Of a DNA stretch of 20,000 nt, positions 1 through 10,334 are shown one piece after another. The translations under genes and the position numbers were made by a program. The notes below the pieces were generated by a model. The model saw nothing but the letters and a program-made list of their open reading frames with translations, had not been told where the DNA came from and made no database searches. How positions within the stretch are numbered: the stretch's first letter is position 1; the number at the start of each line of letters is the position of its first letter. The DNA comes from Thraustochytrium aureum (Eukaryota). The DNA lies in contig BLSG01000080.1 of NCBI GenBank assembly GCA_012862495.1, forward strand, positions 337,450 through 357,449, in the 5' to 3' direction.

Positions 1-2
1 CG

Positions 3-479
3 CCGCCGAGCTCCAAGAGGCGCTCTTGTTCTCGCCAACGGTCGTTTGCGCGGCTCATGGCAGAATCGCACGAGGAGCGGGAGGCCAGGCGCGTGGCGCG
101 GGCGGAGCTCGAGCTCGCCGAGACGGCATTTGAAGGGAGCGACAGCGACTCGGACCCATTGGAGACGACAGAGCCCGCCTCGCGCTTTGCCGTCCAGGGG
201 GAGCTGGCTTTAGAAGACGCAGGCGCCGATTTGCGGCTCGACGGCGCCGAGGACGGCCTCCAGGCGCCGTTAGCGGCGAGGGCATCTGACGACTTGGACC
301 AGGGAGGAGCGCTGCAAGTCCGCAGGTGCGGTGAGGGGTATGGCGCTGTAGACGTCGCGCAAGCGCACCGCGAGGAGGTCCCGTTAGCTCTTTCTTCCAG
401 TCGAGCTCAATGTGGGATCCTTGGCGCGTCGGCTGCCTTGATTGCCTTGTGGGCGGTCGGGGTAGGGGTGCTCAGTTGA
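3..479 (+). CDS. Hypothetical protein, possibly the 3' part of a gene starting before the window; acidic region and hydrophobic C-terminus
   Basis: Frame is open from the window start, with ATG at 57 and TGA at 477-479. Protein-like charged helix EEREARRVARAELELAE, acidic GSDSDSD, hydrophobic end GILGASAALIALWAVGVGVL. No recognisable domain. Confidence 0.35.
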   Translation, partial: PPSSKRRSCSRQRSFARLMAESHEEREARRVARAELELAETAFEGSDSDSDPLETTEPASRFAVQGELALEDAGADLRLDGAEDGLQAPLAARASDDLDQGGALQVRRCGEGYGAVDVAQAHREEVPLALSSSRAQCGILGASAALIALWAVGVGVLS

Positions 480-1086
480 TTGGCCATCCAGCAATGGCGC
501 GGCGCTGGGCCTGCGCGCTGGAGGACCAAACCAGCCTCAGAGATACCTAGCTAGGGGTACGAACCACCCGTAGGTACTTGCTGCATACTCAAACTTGTCG
601 ACAGGATCCCTCCTTGCTTTCAAGTACTCGGCCCACTTGGCCCGGGAAGCATGCGACGGCACGACCCACTGGCGAGCGCGCCCCAGCCGACAGTGGCGCT
701 GCATGCAAGGCACCCAGCGCTGCCGTGGATNNNNNNNNNNNNNNNNNNNNNNNNNNNNNNNNNNNNNNNNNNNNNNNNNNNNNNNNNNNNNNNNNNNNNN
801 NNNNNNNNNNNNNNNNNNNNNNNNNNNNNNNNNNNNNNNNNNNNNNNNNNNNNNNNNNNNNNNNNNNNNNNNNNNNNNNNNNNNNNNNNNNNNNNNNNNN
901 NNNNNNNNNNNNNNNNNNNNNNNNNNNNNNNNNNNNNNNNNNNNNNNNNNNNNNNNNNNNACAGAAATGCGCTCGCTGCGTCCGGAGGCACATTCCACCA
1001 CGCGCCATCGCTCACCATTCACCTGGTCAGTCGTCGGTCGGCCGCGTGCAGCGAGCAGCGCTCGCCAGTCCTCACTACACAGCAGC

Positions 1087-3546
1087 ATGCGAGCTGCGAG
1101 CAGGGTGGCGGCCCTTTGGGCCGCCGTCGCCGCGCTTGGCGTGAAGCTCGGCGAGGGGATCCCGGCGGTCGAGCAAGGCCGCGCCAACTCGAGCTCGGCA
1201 ACACTCCGCGACGGACGCGTGGAGATACTAGTGCACCGGCGCGCGTCGAGCGCCGCAAGCCTGTGGCGGGAGCTAGGAGCCTCGCAGCTGGCACAGACAA
1301 TGAGGGAGGGCGACGGGGTCTACTGGACCACGGTCGTGGTGGACAACCAAGAGTTCACCGTGATCGTGGACACCGGGTCAGACGCACTGCTTGTGCCATG
1401 CGTCGGGTGCAATTGCGGCAACCACAACCACTTTGATACAGCTCTGTCGGTGCACGCGAGCGATGAGCACGCAAAAAAGACGCAGTGTTACTCGGAGGGT
1501 TCGTGCAACAGGTGCGATTTTTGGCGAGCCCCAGTGTGCTTTGGTGCGGGCTGCAGCGCGGCTGAAAATGGCGCTTACGTGCGGTTCGGATGCTGCTCAT
1601 CGTACGCCCCGGCGTTCAAGGTGCAAGAGGCCGACGGCATCGTGGGCCTCGGCCCGGGTCCAAGCTCGCTGCTCTCCGCCCTTCACAACGCCAACAAACT
1701 CGAGCAAACCGTCCTCTCGATGTGCATGTCCAAGCGCGTTGGCACCCTGGCGGTCGGCGGGTTTGACAGCTCGCGGCACTTGGAGCCCGTCCAATGGGCC
1801 CAAATGACGATCTCATCGTTTTACTCGACGACCTGCAGAGCATCCATGTTGGCGAAATGGCGGTGTCTGACTGGCCGCGCAACAAGGCTATCATTGATGT
1901 GGGCTCTTCGTTCACTTACTTGTCGCGCTCGGAGTTCCGCTCGCTCAGCTCCGCTTTCGTCGCCTGGTGCGCTCAAGATGGGCGCTGCCAGCGCGGACCG
2001 GATGTCTCTGCCCTCCACGCCGACCTGCGCGACTCGATCGCTTGCTTCGATCCGCCGGATGGTGTCAACATTCACGACCTAAAGGAATTCGACGCCTGGA
2101 TCTCCACCTTTCCCACCATCAGGTTTGGGTTCCCTCGCGCCGGTGCTGCGCCACGAAACGCCGACGACACCGACGAGGGCTACAGCAGCGGCGAGGAACA
2201 GCCCTACCCAAGTCCCGGCGACCTATCTGCTGGCCGCCCATCTCGTACCTGTTCCGTTCTCGCGATTCGTTTTGCGTGGGGGTTTTCAAAGGCGGCTCGA
2301 GCTCGGTTCTGGGGGGCCAACTTTTGGTCGCCGGGTTTTGACGTCATCTTGGACCTTGACCAGGCCCGCTTTGGACTCGCTCGCGCCCAATGTGACCCGG
2401 AGCCGACCTCCCGGACCTCGTTTTGGCAGTCGCCGCTCAACTGCTGCGGGTCGTGCGCAGAAGCGCAGCAAAACGGCTGGCAAAACCCTAGCTCCAGCCC
2501 GGACAGGCGTGTTTCCCTCGACGCCGCCGCCGTCCAGGCTGTCAACCATGGGACCGACGCGAAGCGCGGGGTCGGTCAAGGCCCCGACTCGGTCGCCCAC
2601 GTCTTCTGAGCTTGAGATCTTCCCTGGAGCCTGCAATAACGGCCTCTGGTGCACAGCAGATCCGAAGGCCGTCAAGATTGAGATCGCTGTGCAATGCGGG
2701 GTGAATGCTGCCATATTCTTGGTGCTCATCCAACAAGCAGTGCGCTTCCGGCCGGCGCCTAGCTCCCCCCCCGTTCTGTTGCTTTACCTCGCGCTCGTGC
2801 TCGTCGCAAGTGGCCTCTTGTCGCTCGACACGGAGCTCAGCGAGTCCAAGGTGGTGTCGACAGTGACTTCGCTCATCAGGGGTCTGGAGCGCGGTCTCTT
2901 CTTCACGGTTGTGCTGTACATCGCGTTCGGAATAGGCCTCGTGCGTCGACCAGGGCGCACGCGCGTCCGCGTCATCGGAGCGAGCATCGTGTGCATCATC
3001 TTGTGGTGTGCGGACATTGCGTTTACGCAGTCTGTGCGCTTTGGTGCTCCTGCCATTGCCTATTTCATCATCATGGCGCTTTACGTGTCGTGGCTTCTCG
3101 CGGTGTCGGTTTCGACGATGCGGCTCAGCTCAGGCCCGACGCGGGCGCTCTTCAGAGGCATGGCGTTTGCGGTCGCGGCTTGGCTGGTTTCCATCTTGGT
3201 GCTCTTGACCGCGCTTGATGTTCGTGACTCGATGCCGCTTTTGATGCGTTCGAGCACGCACTGCACGGTGCTCCTCTTGCTTCTCGCGGTCGTGTTTCGG
3301 CCGTCGCGCTTTGTCGAGCTGCCGACCCTCGGCAGCAAGCCCAACGAACCGGCACCGCGAACCTACGAGCTCGGGGATGCGCCGCAATTTGGTGAAGATG
3401 CAAGTACCGGTACTGGCCTGGACCCGCTCTCCGACACGCGCGGCGTAGGAATTGAGAATCCGCATCTGCCAGCAGCAAGTGTAGAATACGCTCGTTTTGA
3501 CGACATCAGCGACAACCCGAGCGGTTCTCAGCTCTCGCAAGCCTGA
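1087..3546 (+). CDS. Pepsin-family (A1, plasmepsin V/ASP5-like) aspartic protease fused to a C-terminal 7TM GOST-like domain; about 4 frameshifts in this assembly
   Basis: Signal-peptide-like MRAASRVAALWAAVAALGV from ATG 1087. Motifs: VIVDTGS (1369), Cys-rich PCVGCNCGNH insert, flap QCYSEGS, RFGC, QEADGIVGLG, second lobe AIIDVGSSFTYL (1896), WPPISYLF..FCVGVF, VLGANF, FDVILDLDQARFGLARAQC. Then an S/P/T linker and seven hydrophobic segments (2671-3303) ending VVFRP; stop 3544-3546. Frame changes at about 1832, 2215, 2311-2316 and 2501. Confidence 0.85.
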
Positions 3547-3592
3547 GGGCGAGCCTGGCGCGCAGTGCGCAAGCCGCCGACCGGATATGCAG

Positions 3593-3795
3593 GTGATGCG
3601 CTCGCAAGCCCGACGCCAAGTCACAGGTGCCAACCGGACAGGCTCGTAATGCAACCGCCAATCGGAGTTGTTCGTGATGCGCTCGCAAGCCCGACGCCAA
3701 GTCACAGGTGCCACGGGGCATGCTCGTGATGCAACCGCCAACCGGAGTTGTTCGTGATGCGCAGAAACGCGCAAGCCCGACGCCGACAAGTCCAA
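3593..3795. repeat. ~81-bp tandem repeat, about 2.4 copies
   Basis: GTGATGCGCTCGCAAGCCCGACGCCAAGTCACAGGTGCCA starts at 3593 and 3674, with a degenerate third copy at 3754. The intervening parts are also similar to each other (..ATGCAACCGCCAA(T/C)CGGAGTTGTTC). Confidence 0.9.
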
Positions 3796-3830
3796 GCCAA
3801 CAACGCCAAGCCGACGACGCCAAGTGCACA

Positions 3831-3864
3831 AAACAACAACAACAACAACAAAACAAACAACAAA
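3831..3864. repeat. (AAC)n microsatellite
   Basis: aaacaacaacaacaacaacaaaacaaacaacaaa. Confidence 0.9.
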
Positions 3865-4277
3865 AGCACACAATCCATTCGCGGAACAAACGAAGCGACA
3901 CCGCCTCCACGCCTTGTGAAAGAGGGAATCCCTCCACGCCGCGTCGGACAGTCCCGTCCCTCCCACGCGGCCCCTGCATCGGAACGGGTCCCCCCGCCTC
4001 CCATCACAGTGTGCATCCGATGAGAGCGCTCTCGCCCTTCCTGCCGCCTCCTCACGAGTCGCCTGAGAGCGTTTCAGCAGGTTCACGACGTTCTTGACGC
4101 GCTGGCGTCCACTCTTGCGCGCCAGCGTGCTCGCTTGTGCCTTACACAGGCTAGGAGCTTCCTCGCTCTCTTGAATGAAACCAATTGTCTCGTGCCACGG
4201 TGCACTTTGGAGGTGGACCTGCAAAAGCAGGCGCGAGCCGAATTCTACTGCTAGGTAGCAGAGTACTGTTCTCTGGG

Positions 4278-4311
4278 GGCAGGCAGGGAGGCAGGCAGGC
4301 AGGCAGGCAGG
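4278..4311. repeat. (GCAG)n microsatellite
   Basis: ggcaggcagggaggcaggcaggcaggcaggcagg. Confidence 0.9.
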
Positions 4312-4404
4312 CCACGCGACCAGGCTGCGCAAACCCCATCCCCCGAGGCGCAGGATCCTGTCGCAGCGTCAGGTGCGCGCGAGGCAGACCCGCATCGATC
4401 GACC

Positions 4405-4458
4405 CGCTGCGGAAGCGAGCGCTGCGGAAGCGAGCGCTGCGGAAGCGAGCGCTGCGGA
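4405..4458. repeat. 15-bp minisatellite (CGCTGCGGAAGCGAG) x3.6
   Basis: Exact copies at 4405, 4420 and 4435, partial at 4450; GATCGACC motifs lie on both sides. Confidence 0.9.
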
Positions 4459-4904
4459 CGCGCGCGCTTTGATCGACCGACCCGCTGCGAGTGCACGCGG
4501 CGCGCGAACGGAGCGGCGCGCCGGACGGGGCTCGTTCCACGCNNNNNNNNNNNNNNNNNNNNNNNNNNNNNNNNNNNNNNNNNNNNNNNNNNNNNNNNNN
4601 NNNNNNNNNNNNNNNNNNNNNNNNNNNNNNNNNNNNNNNNNNNNNNNNNNNNNNNNNNNNNNNNNNNNNNNNNNNNNNNNNNNNNNNNNNNNNNNNNNNN
4701 NNNNNNNNNNNNNNNNNNNNNNNNNNNNNNNNNNNNNNNNNNNNNNNNNNNNNNNNNNNNNNNNNNNNNNNNNNNNNNNNNNNNNNNNNNNNNNNNNNNN
4801 NNNNNNNNNNNNNNNNNNNNNNNNNNNNNNNNNNNNNNNNNNNNNNNNNNNNNNNNNNNNNNNNNNNNNNNNNNNNNNNNNNNNNNNNNNNNNNNNNNNN
4901 NNNN

Positions 4905-7900
4905 GGAAAACTATCGTCCTCGACATCGACGGTATGATGTGCCAAAAGAACTGCGGCACGACCGTGACCAACGCCCTGAAGAGCTGCGCTGGTGTCGAGC
5001 ACGTCGTGGTGAGCCACGCTGAGCACGGAGCCCTTGTAGAGGGCTCAGCATCTGCGGAAGACCTGATCAGCGCCGTGGAAATGATGGGCTTTGACGCAAC
5101 AGAGGTGACCGAGCCCGCCTCGAGGGCTGGAAGACTCGCGAGGCTTCAGGCTTTGCCGGCCTCTAGGACGGAAGACGGGTCGAGCTCTTCGGATTCGTCG
5201 CAGGGGTCGGTGGACCAGCTGCTGTCCATGTCGTCGCGGCTTCACTCCGTCTCTAGCGGGGACTCGTCCCACACGGCGGGCTACACGGACGTGGCCCTTA
5301 ATATTATCGGAGACGACGCGGCTATGGCCGCCGCAGCAGAGCCTTCGACGCAGCGGCGGCGCGCGGAGATCGCAATAAGCGGCATGACCTGCGCTTCGTG
5401 CGTGGCCAACGTGGAGCGCAACTTGCCAAACGTGGACGGCATATTTGCAGTATCCGTGGCGCTGATCGCAGAGAAGGCCTCTGTCGAGTACGACGCGGCG
5501 CGCATGAGCGGCGCCGACATTGCTGCCGCGGTGGACAAGCTTGGCTACAAGGCGACCGTTGTCGACGACAATCTTCCTTGCGACCAGGCGACGCAAGGCG
5601 TCGGGACCCTGACGCTCCTGGTGCGCAACGTGCGGCGTGGCGACGCCGAGGCGAGCCTGGTTGAGCCCGTGCGGGACCTCTGTGGCGTTCTAGCTGTATC
5701 GTTCGACGAGCAGCACTCCCTGCTCAAGATCCGCCACCAGAACGTGTCGATCGGAGCCCGCGACTTGTTCGAATTTGTGTCGCGCTCCGGCTTTCTTTGC
5801 GAGCTGGCCTCGAACGACCTATCAGGGGCCAGCGGAGACGACGCGGCCACATATTTTCAGCGCATGTTTTACGGATCGCTGATCTTTACGATTCCCGTGG
5901 TCTTCCTGAGCATGGTGTGCCCGCACATTCCCGCCGCCATGGTGATCCTCGACAAACCAACGGGCATCGGGATCTCTTGGCATGCCTTCTTGCTTTGGAC
6001 GCTGACCACGCCGGTCCAGTTTTACTTTGGCGCCCGCTTCTACCGCAACGCCTTCAAGGCTCTGAGCCACGGCAACGCCAACATGGACGTATTGGTGGTT
6101 CTCGGCACGAGCGCGGCGTACCTGTACTCGATGCTTTCCCTACTCATTTCTATCTTTCGCGGCCACCAGACGGACGATGTCCGCAGCGACGCGCACTTTT
6201 TCGAGACCTCGGCGATGCTAATCACCTTCATCCTTCTCGGCAAGTTCCTCGAGTCTGCGGCCCGCACGCGCACCGCAGGCGCGATTACCGCCCTGATGGA
6301 CATGCAGGTCGAGACCGCGATCCTGTGCCCGCAAGGCCCTGGTGCCGAGGAGCGCGCCCAGATGCTGGGCAACCCTGCTGACCTCACGAAGGGGGCCGAC
6401 TCGGAGTGCGTCATTGACTTGCGCCTCGTCCAGGTGGGCGACATCCTCAAGGTGCTGCCAGGCCACCGGTCCCCGTCGACGGCGTGGTGACGTCGGGCAA
6501 CTCGACCGTGGACGAGTCGATGCTCACAGGCGAGCCCGTGCCAGTGGACAAGCGCGTCGACTCGGCCGTGACGGGCTGCACAGTGAACGGGCACGGCATG
6601 TTTTACATGCGCGCCACGCGCGTTGGCGCCGACACTGCGATCGCGCAAATCATGAAGCTCGTGGAGGACGCGCAGACCTCCAAGGCGCCCATCCAAGAGT
6701 ACGCGGACAGGATCTCAAAGTACTTTGTCCCTGCGGTTGTCCTCCTGGCGGTGCTGACGTGGGTCGTGTGGAGCGTCGTTCTGGCCTCCGGCACTGCGAG
6801 CTATCTCCAAGGCCTGACCATGAGCCAGCAGGTCGTTTTCGCCTTCAAGTTCGGCGTGGCAGTCCTCGTCATTTCCTGCCCTTGCGCGCTCGGATTGGCT
6901 ACGCCTACGGCCGTCATGGTCAGCACCGGCGTCGGCGCGCAGCACGGCATCCTGATCAAGGCGGGGATGCCATCGAGGCGGGCTCCAAGATCACCGCTGT
7001 GGTCTTTGACAAGACGGGCACCATCACCAAGGGCAAGCCCACGGTGAGCGAGGTGCTCAACATCGGTTGCCGGAGCGAGCTGGAGTTTCTCGCGCTCGTC
7101 GGCACCGCGGAGCGCGCCAGCGAGCACCCCGTGGCCAAGGCGATCACGGCGCACGCGCGAGAGCGCGGCGCGCAGGTGCTCGGCGCGCCAAGCGACTTTG
7201 AGGCGCTCCCCGGGCTCGGGATCGACTGCAAGTTCGCGGACGGCGTTCGCGTCCTCGTGGGCAACCGCAAGCTGATGAAGCTCAACAAGGTCGAGGTTTC
7301 GCCGGCGCTCCTCAAGTTCCTCGCCGACAACGAGGCGCAGGGCACGGTTGTGCTGGCGGCCGCCTCGCGCGCGCCCGAGGCCCCGCTGGAGTTGGTCGGA
7401 GGCGTGGCCGTTTGCGACCCGATCAACGAGAACGCCAGCTACGTCGTTTCGCTGCTCCGCTCGCTCAACGTCAAGGTGTACATGCTGTCTGGCGACAACA
7501 CCACCACGGCGCACGCCGTGGCGCAGCTCTGCGGCATCCCGCCAGAGCGCGTTTTTGCCAACTGTCTCCCCAAGCAAAAGTCCAACAGGATTGCCAAGCT
7601 GCAGGCCGCCGGCGAGGTCGTGGCGATGGTGGGCGACGGGGTGAACGACGCGGCTGCCCTCACGCTGGCCGACCTCGGCATCGCGATCGGGGCCGGCACG
7701 GACATCGCAATCAAGTCGGCGGATGTTGTTCTTATCCGGAGCAACTTGCTCGATGTGCCGGTCTTCCTTCATCTCGCGCGCCGCACGATCCAGCGGATCA
7801 AGCTCAACTTCTTCTTCAGCTTCGTTTACAATGCTCTGTGCATCCCGCTCGCGGCCGGCATCTTCTACCCAGCGTTCCACCTGGGTCTGCCGCCGGCGCT

Positions 7901-8231
7901 CGCCGGGTTTATGATGGCCATGTCGTCCGTGACCGTGGTCTGCAGCTCGCTCCTCCTGAAATACTACAAGCCGCCGCAGATCATGGACGTGGACTTTGAC
8001 AAGCCAAGCTCGCTCTCGCGCCGCGGCTCGATCCACCGCACGGCCTCTGGCGCATCTTTGCACAATTCCTCGGACAGCGGTGAAGATGAGACGCCTGGTT
8101 TGGGCCATGTTATTTCCGCCCCGAGTTTCGTGCCGCGCGTTTTGAAGAAAGGCTACAAGCGCATCGCGGGGGGCTCGCCCACGCGGGCGGGCTCCAGCGA
8201 GCATGCGCTCGAGCCGCTGTCTGCTGTGTAA
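4905..8231 (+). CDS. Copper-transporting P1B-1 type ATPase (ATP7/RAN1/CopA family); start lies in or before the gap; 2 frameshifts
   Basis: HMA domains GMMCQKNC (4931) and GMTCASC (5381) plus a degenerate third. [41 protein letters not shown] (6877), DKTGT (7008), SEHP, MLSGDN, GDGVND, YN and MAMSS. Frameshifts at ~6468 (PGHR/VPVDG) and ~6960 (LIK/GG), each fixed by adding one G to a G run. Stop TAA 8229-8231. Confidence 0.95.
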
Positions 8232-9067
8232 AAGAACTGGATTTGTTTTATTTTTGAACCTTCCTGACATCGCGATGTTGCCCTGTGCACGTCTTCGAAA
8301 GAAACGAAACCGGCTGGCGCTCGCGAACAGAAAATGACCAGCAGGGTGGCAGTCGTCGAATCAGAAGAGTACAAACAATCAGAATATGGTAGCTCGCTTA
8401 GCGTCTCGGGGTGCCTGAGCCGGGGCAGCCAACGGGCCTTGCCGGGGTTCGGCGCGTGCTCCTGCTCGGGCNNNNNNNNNNNNNNNNNNNNNNNNNNNNN
8501 NNNNNNNNNNNNNNNNNNNNNNNNNNNNNNNNNNNNNNNNNNNNNNNNNNNNNNNNNNNNNNNNNNNNNNNNNNNNNNNNNNNNNNNNNNNNNNNNNNNN
8601 NNNNNNNNNNNNNNNNNNNNNNNNNNNNNNNNNNNNNNNNNNNNNNNNNNNNNNNNNNNNNNNNNNNNNNNNNNNNNNNNNNNNNNNNNNNNNNNNNNNN
8701 NNNNNNNNNNNNNNNNNNNNNNNNNNNNNNNNNNNNNNNNNNNNNNNNNNNNNNNNNNNNNNNNNNNNNNNNNNNNNNNNNNNNNNNNNNNNNNNNNNNN
8801 NNNNNNNNNNNNNNNNNNNNNNNNNNNNNNNNNNNNNNNNNNNNNNNNNNNNNNNNNNNNNNNNNNNNNNNNNNNNNNNNNNNNNNNNNNNNNNNNNNNN
8901 NNNNNNNNNNNNNNNNNNNNNNNNNNNNNNNNNNNNNNNNNNNNNNNNNNNNNNNNNNNNNNNNNNNNNNNNNNNNNNNNNNNNNNNNNNNNNNNNNNNN
9001 NNNNNNNNNNNNNNNNNNNNNNNNNNNNNNNNNNNNNNNNNNNNNNNNNNNNNNNNNNNNNNNNNNN

Positions 9068-10190
9068 ATCGCGTTGACCACCTTGTAAGAGTCAGGGACC
9101 GAGTAAACCACAAGGAGCCGCGTGCCCTCCTCCTCCGCCCAGATCGTGGCCCCCTTGACAACGAGCGCCTTGACGCGGTCCTTATCGCCCTCGGCCAGCG
9201 ACGCCTCGGTGTAGAGCGTGGTCGAGGTCGTCGCGACTGTGATGGCCGACACCTTGCCAAAGTCCTCGAGAGGGTAGACGCATTTCGAGTTTCCCTTGCC
9301 TGTGGGCGTCTGGCGCGGCGGCGTCAGTGTTGACTTTGCAAGCACGTGCGCACGCGGTTGACGACAAAAACGACGTCCTGGTCAGCGGCATGCTGGCCAC
9401 TGGGCCCGCCGTCCGGAAAGGAGCGCGTAAAGTGCACAACGCGCGTGTTTTCATCCGGCATGCTGCCTTCGACCGGCTTGAGCACAATCCCGCTCGTTTT
9501 GTGAAGGCGCTGCTGCGTCTCCTGTTTTGAGAAAGCGCGCCAAAACACGTCCGCGACGACCTCCGCTTTGTTCATGCCGCGCACCAGACAGTCAAATCGA
9601 AGGTTAAGCCTGGACCGAACGCCTTGCTCGCGTTCGCCAAAGCACTCGCTGCTGAAGCGATAGCTCATTTGCACGTTCTGCACTGCGCCGACCTCGGCGA
9701 GGCATTCGGGGATGCGCACGCGGAGCCAGTGCGCCTGGCTCTGCGAGACGAGGCTGGCCACGTACGCCTGCGCTGCTTCAGCGCCTTCCCTGTAGATGAC
9801 CTCCTCGCGCCCGCGTTGCGAGGGCTGCGCCGCGCTCAGCGCCGTGAAGCGTGAAACAAACCGCTTGTGCTCTTCAATCTGCGCTCGGAGCAAGTCGTTC
9901 TCCGATGCCAGGTGCGGGTCCAGCGTGCTCAGCTGCTCGAGCGATTCCTTTTCGAGCTCCTGGATTTTCTCGAGGAACTCTGCGCGCTGCTCCTTGAGTT
10001 GCTCGTTCTCGGAGCGCAGCTCCAGCAGCTCTCGCTTTCTCCGCGCTCTCGTCTCCAGACTTAGCCCCTCTTCGCGCGCGCGTTGCCGTTCCCACGGCGT
10101 CAGACTATTATCCCTTTTCCGTTTCAGCGGGTACATCTCTTCCGGGCTCAGCCTCCGGCCGTCCAGCGTCAGTGCGCCATCGTCGTCCAT
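9068..10190 (-). CDS. Hypothetical bZIP-like/coiled-coil protein with possible START/SRPBCC-like C-terminal region; 3' end in gap; 1 frameshift
   Basis: ATG at 10190 (MDDDG). Basic segment KRKR..ERQRAREE..ETRARRKRE followed by heptad leucines (LLELRSENEQLKEQRAEFLEKIQEL). Alpha/beta region follows. The frame shifts at ~9345 (NRVRT/VLAKSTL) and continues to the gap. Confidence 0.7.
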
Positions 10191-10195
10191 TCCAG

Positions 10196-10334
10196 GCCAG
10201 AGCAAGCCGAGCCGAGCAGAGCCGAGCAGAGCCGGGCAGAGCCGGGCAGGGCTGAGCAGGGCTGAGCCGGGCAGGGCTGAGCAGGTTGGATCAGAGCCGA
10301 GCAGGGCCGGTTGGAGAGCAGGGCCGGATGGATC
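10196..10334. repeat. Degenerate 5-bp-unit repeat (GAGCC/GAGCA/GGGCA/GGGCT) running into a gap
   Basis: gccgagccgagcagagccgagcagagccgggcagagccgggcagggctgagcagggctgag... Confidence 0.85.

Noticed and set aside
537..730. Minus-strand peptide ..KWAEYLKARRDPVDKFEYAAS..
   Set aside because: Short, no recognisable motif and cut by a gap; cannot be supported as a gene.
2125..2500. 5' part of ORF 2125..3546 as an independent gene start
   Set aside because: It begins at a non-ATG codon and overlaps protease motifs in other frames; this frame looks coding only after ~2500.
3593..3795. CRISPR-like 40-bp repeats with ~41-bp spacers
   Set aside because: The putative spacers are near copies of each other, there are only 2-3 units, no cas genes are present and the context is eukaryotic.
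3130..4332. 400-aa minus-strand ORF
   Set aside because: Translation of microsatellites, the tandem repeat and the antisense of the 7TM region.
4905..8231. Cu-ATPase as a pseudogene or three separate genes
   Set aside because: All catalytic motifs are intact and both breaks are fixed by one G in a G run.
6801..8270. 489-aa antisense ORF and similar shadows (9796..10809, 14314..15207, 18405..19631)
   Set aside because: Antisense shadows of GC-rich genes with no domain signal.
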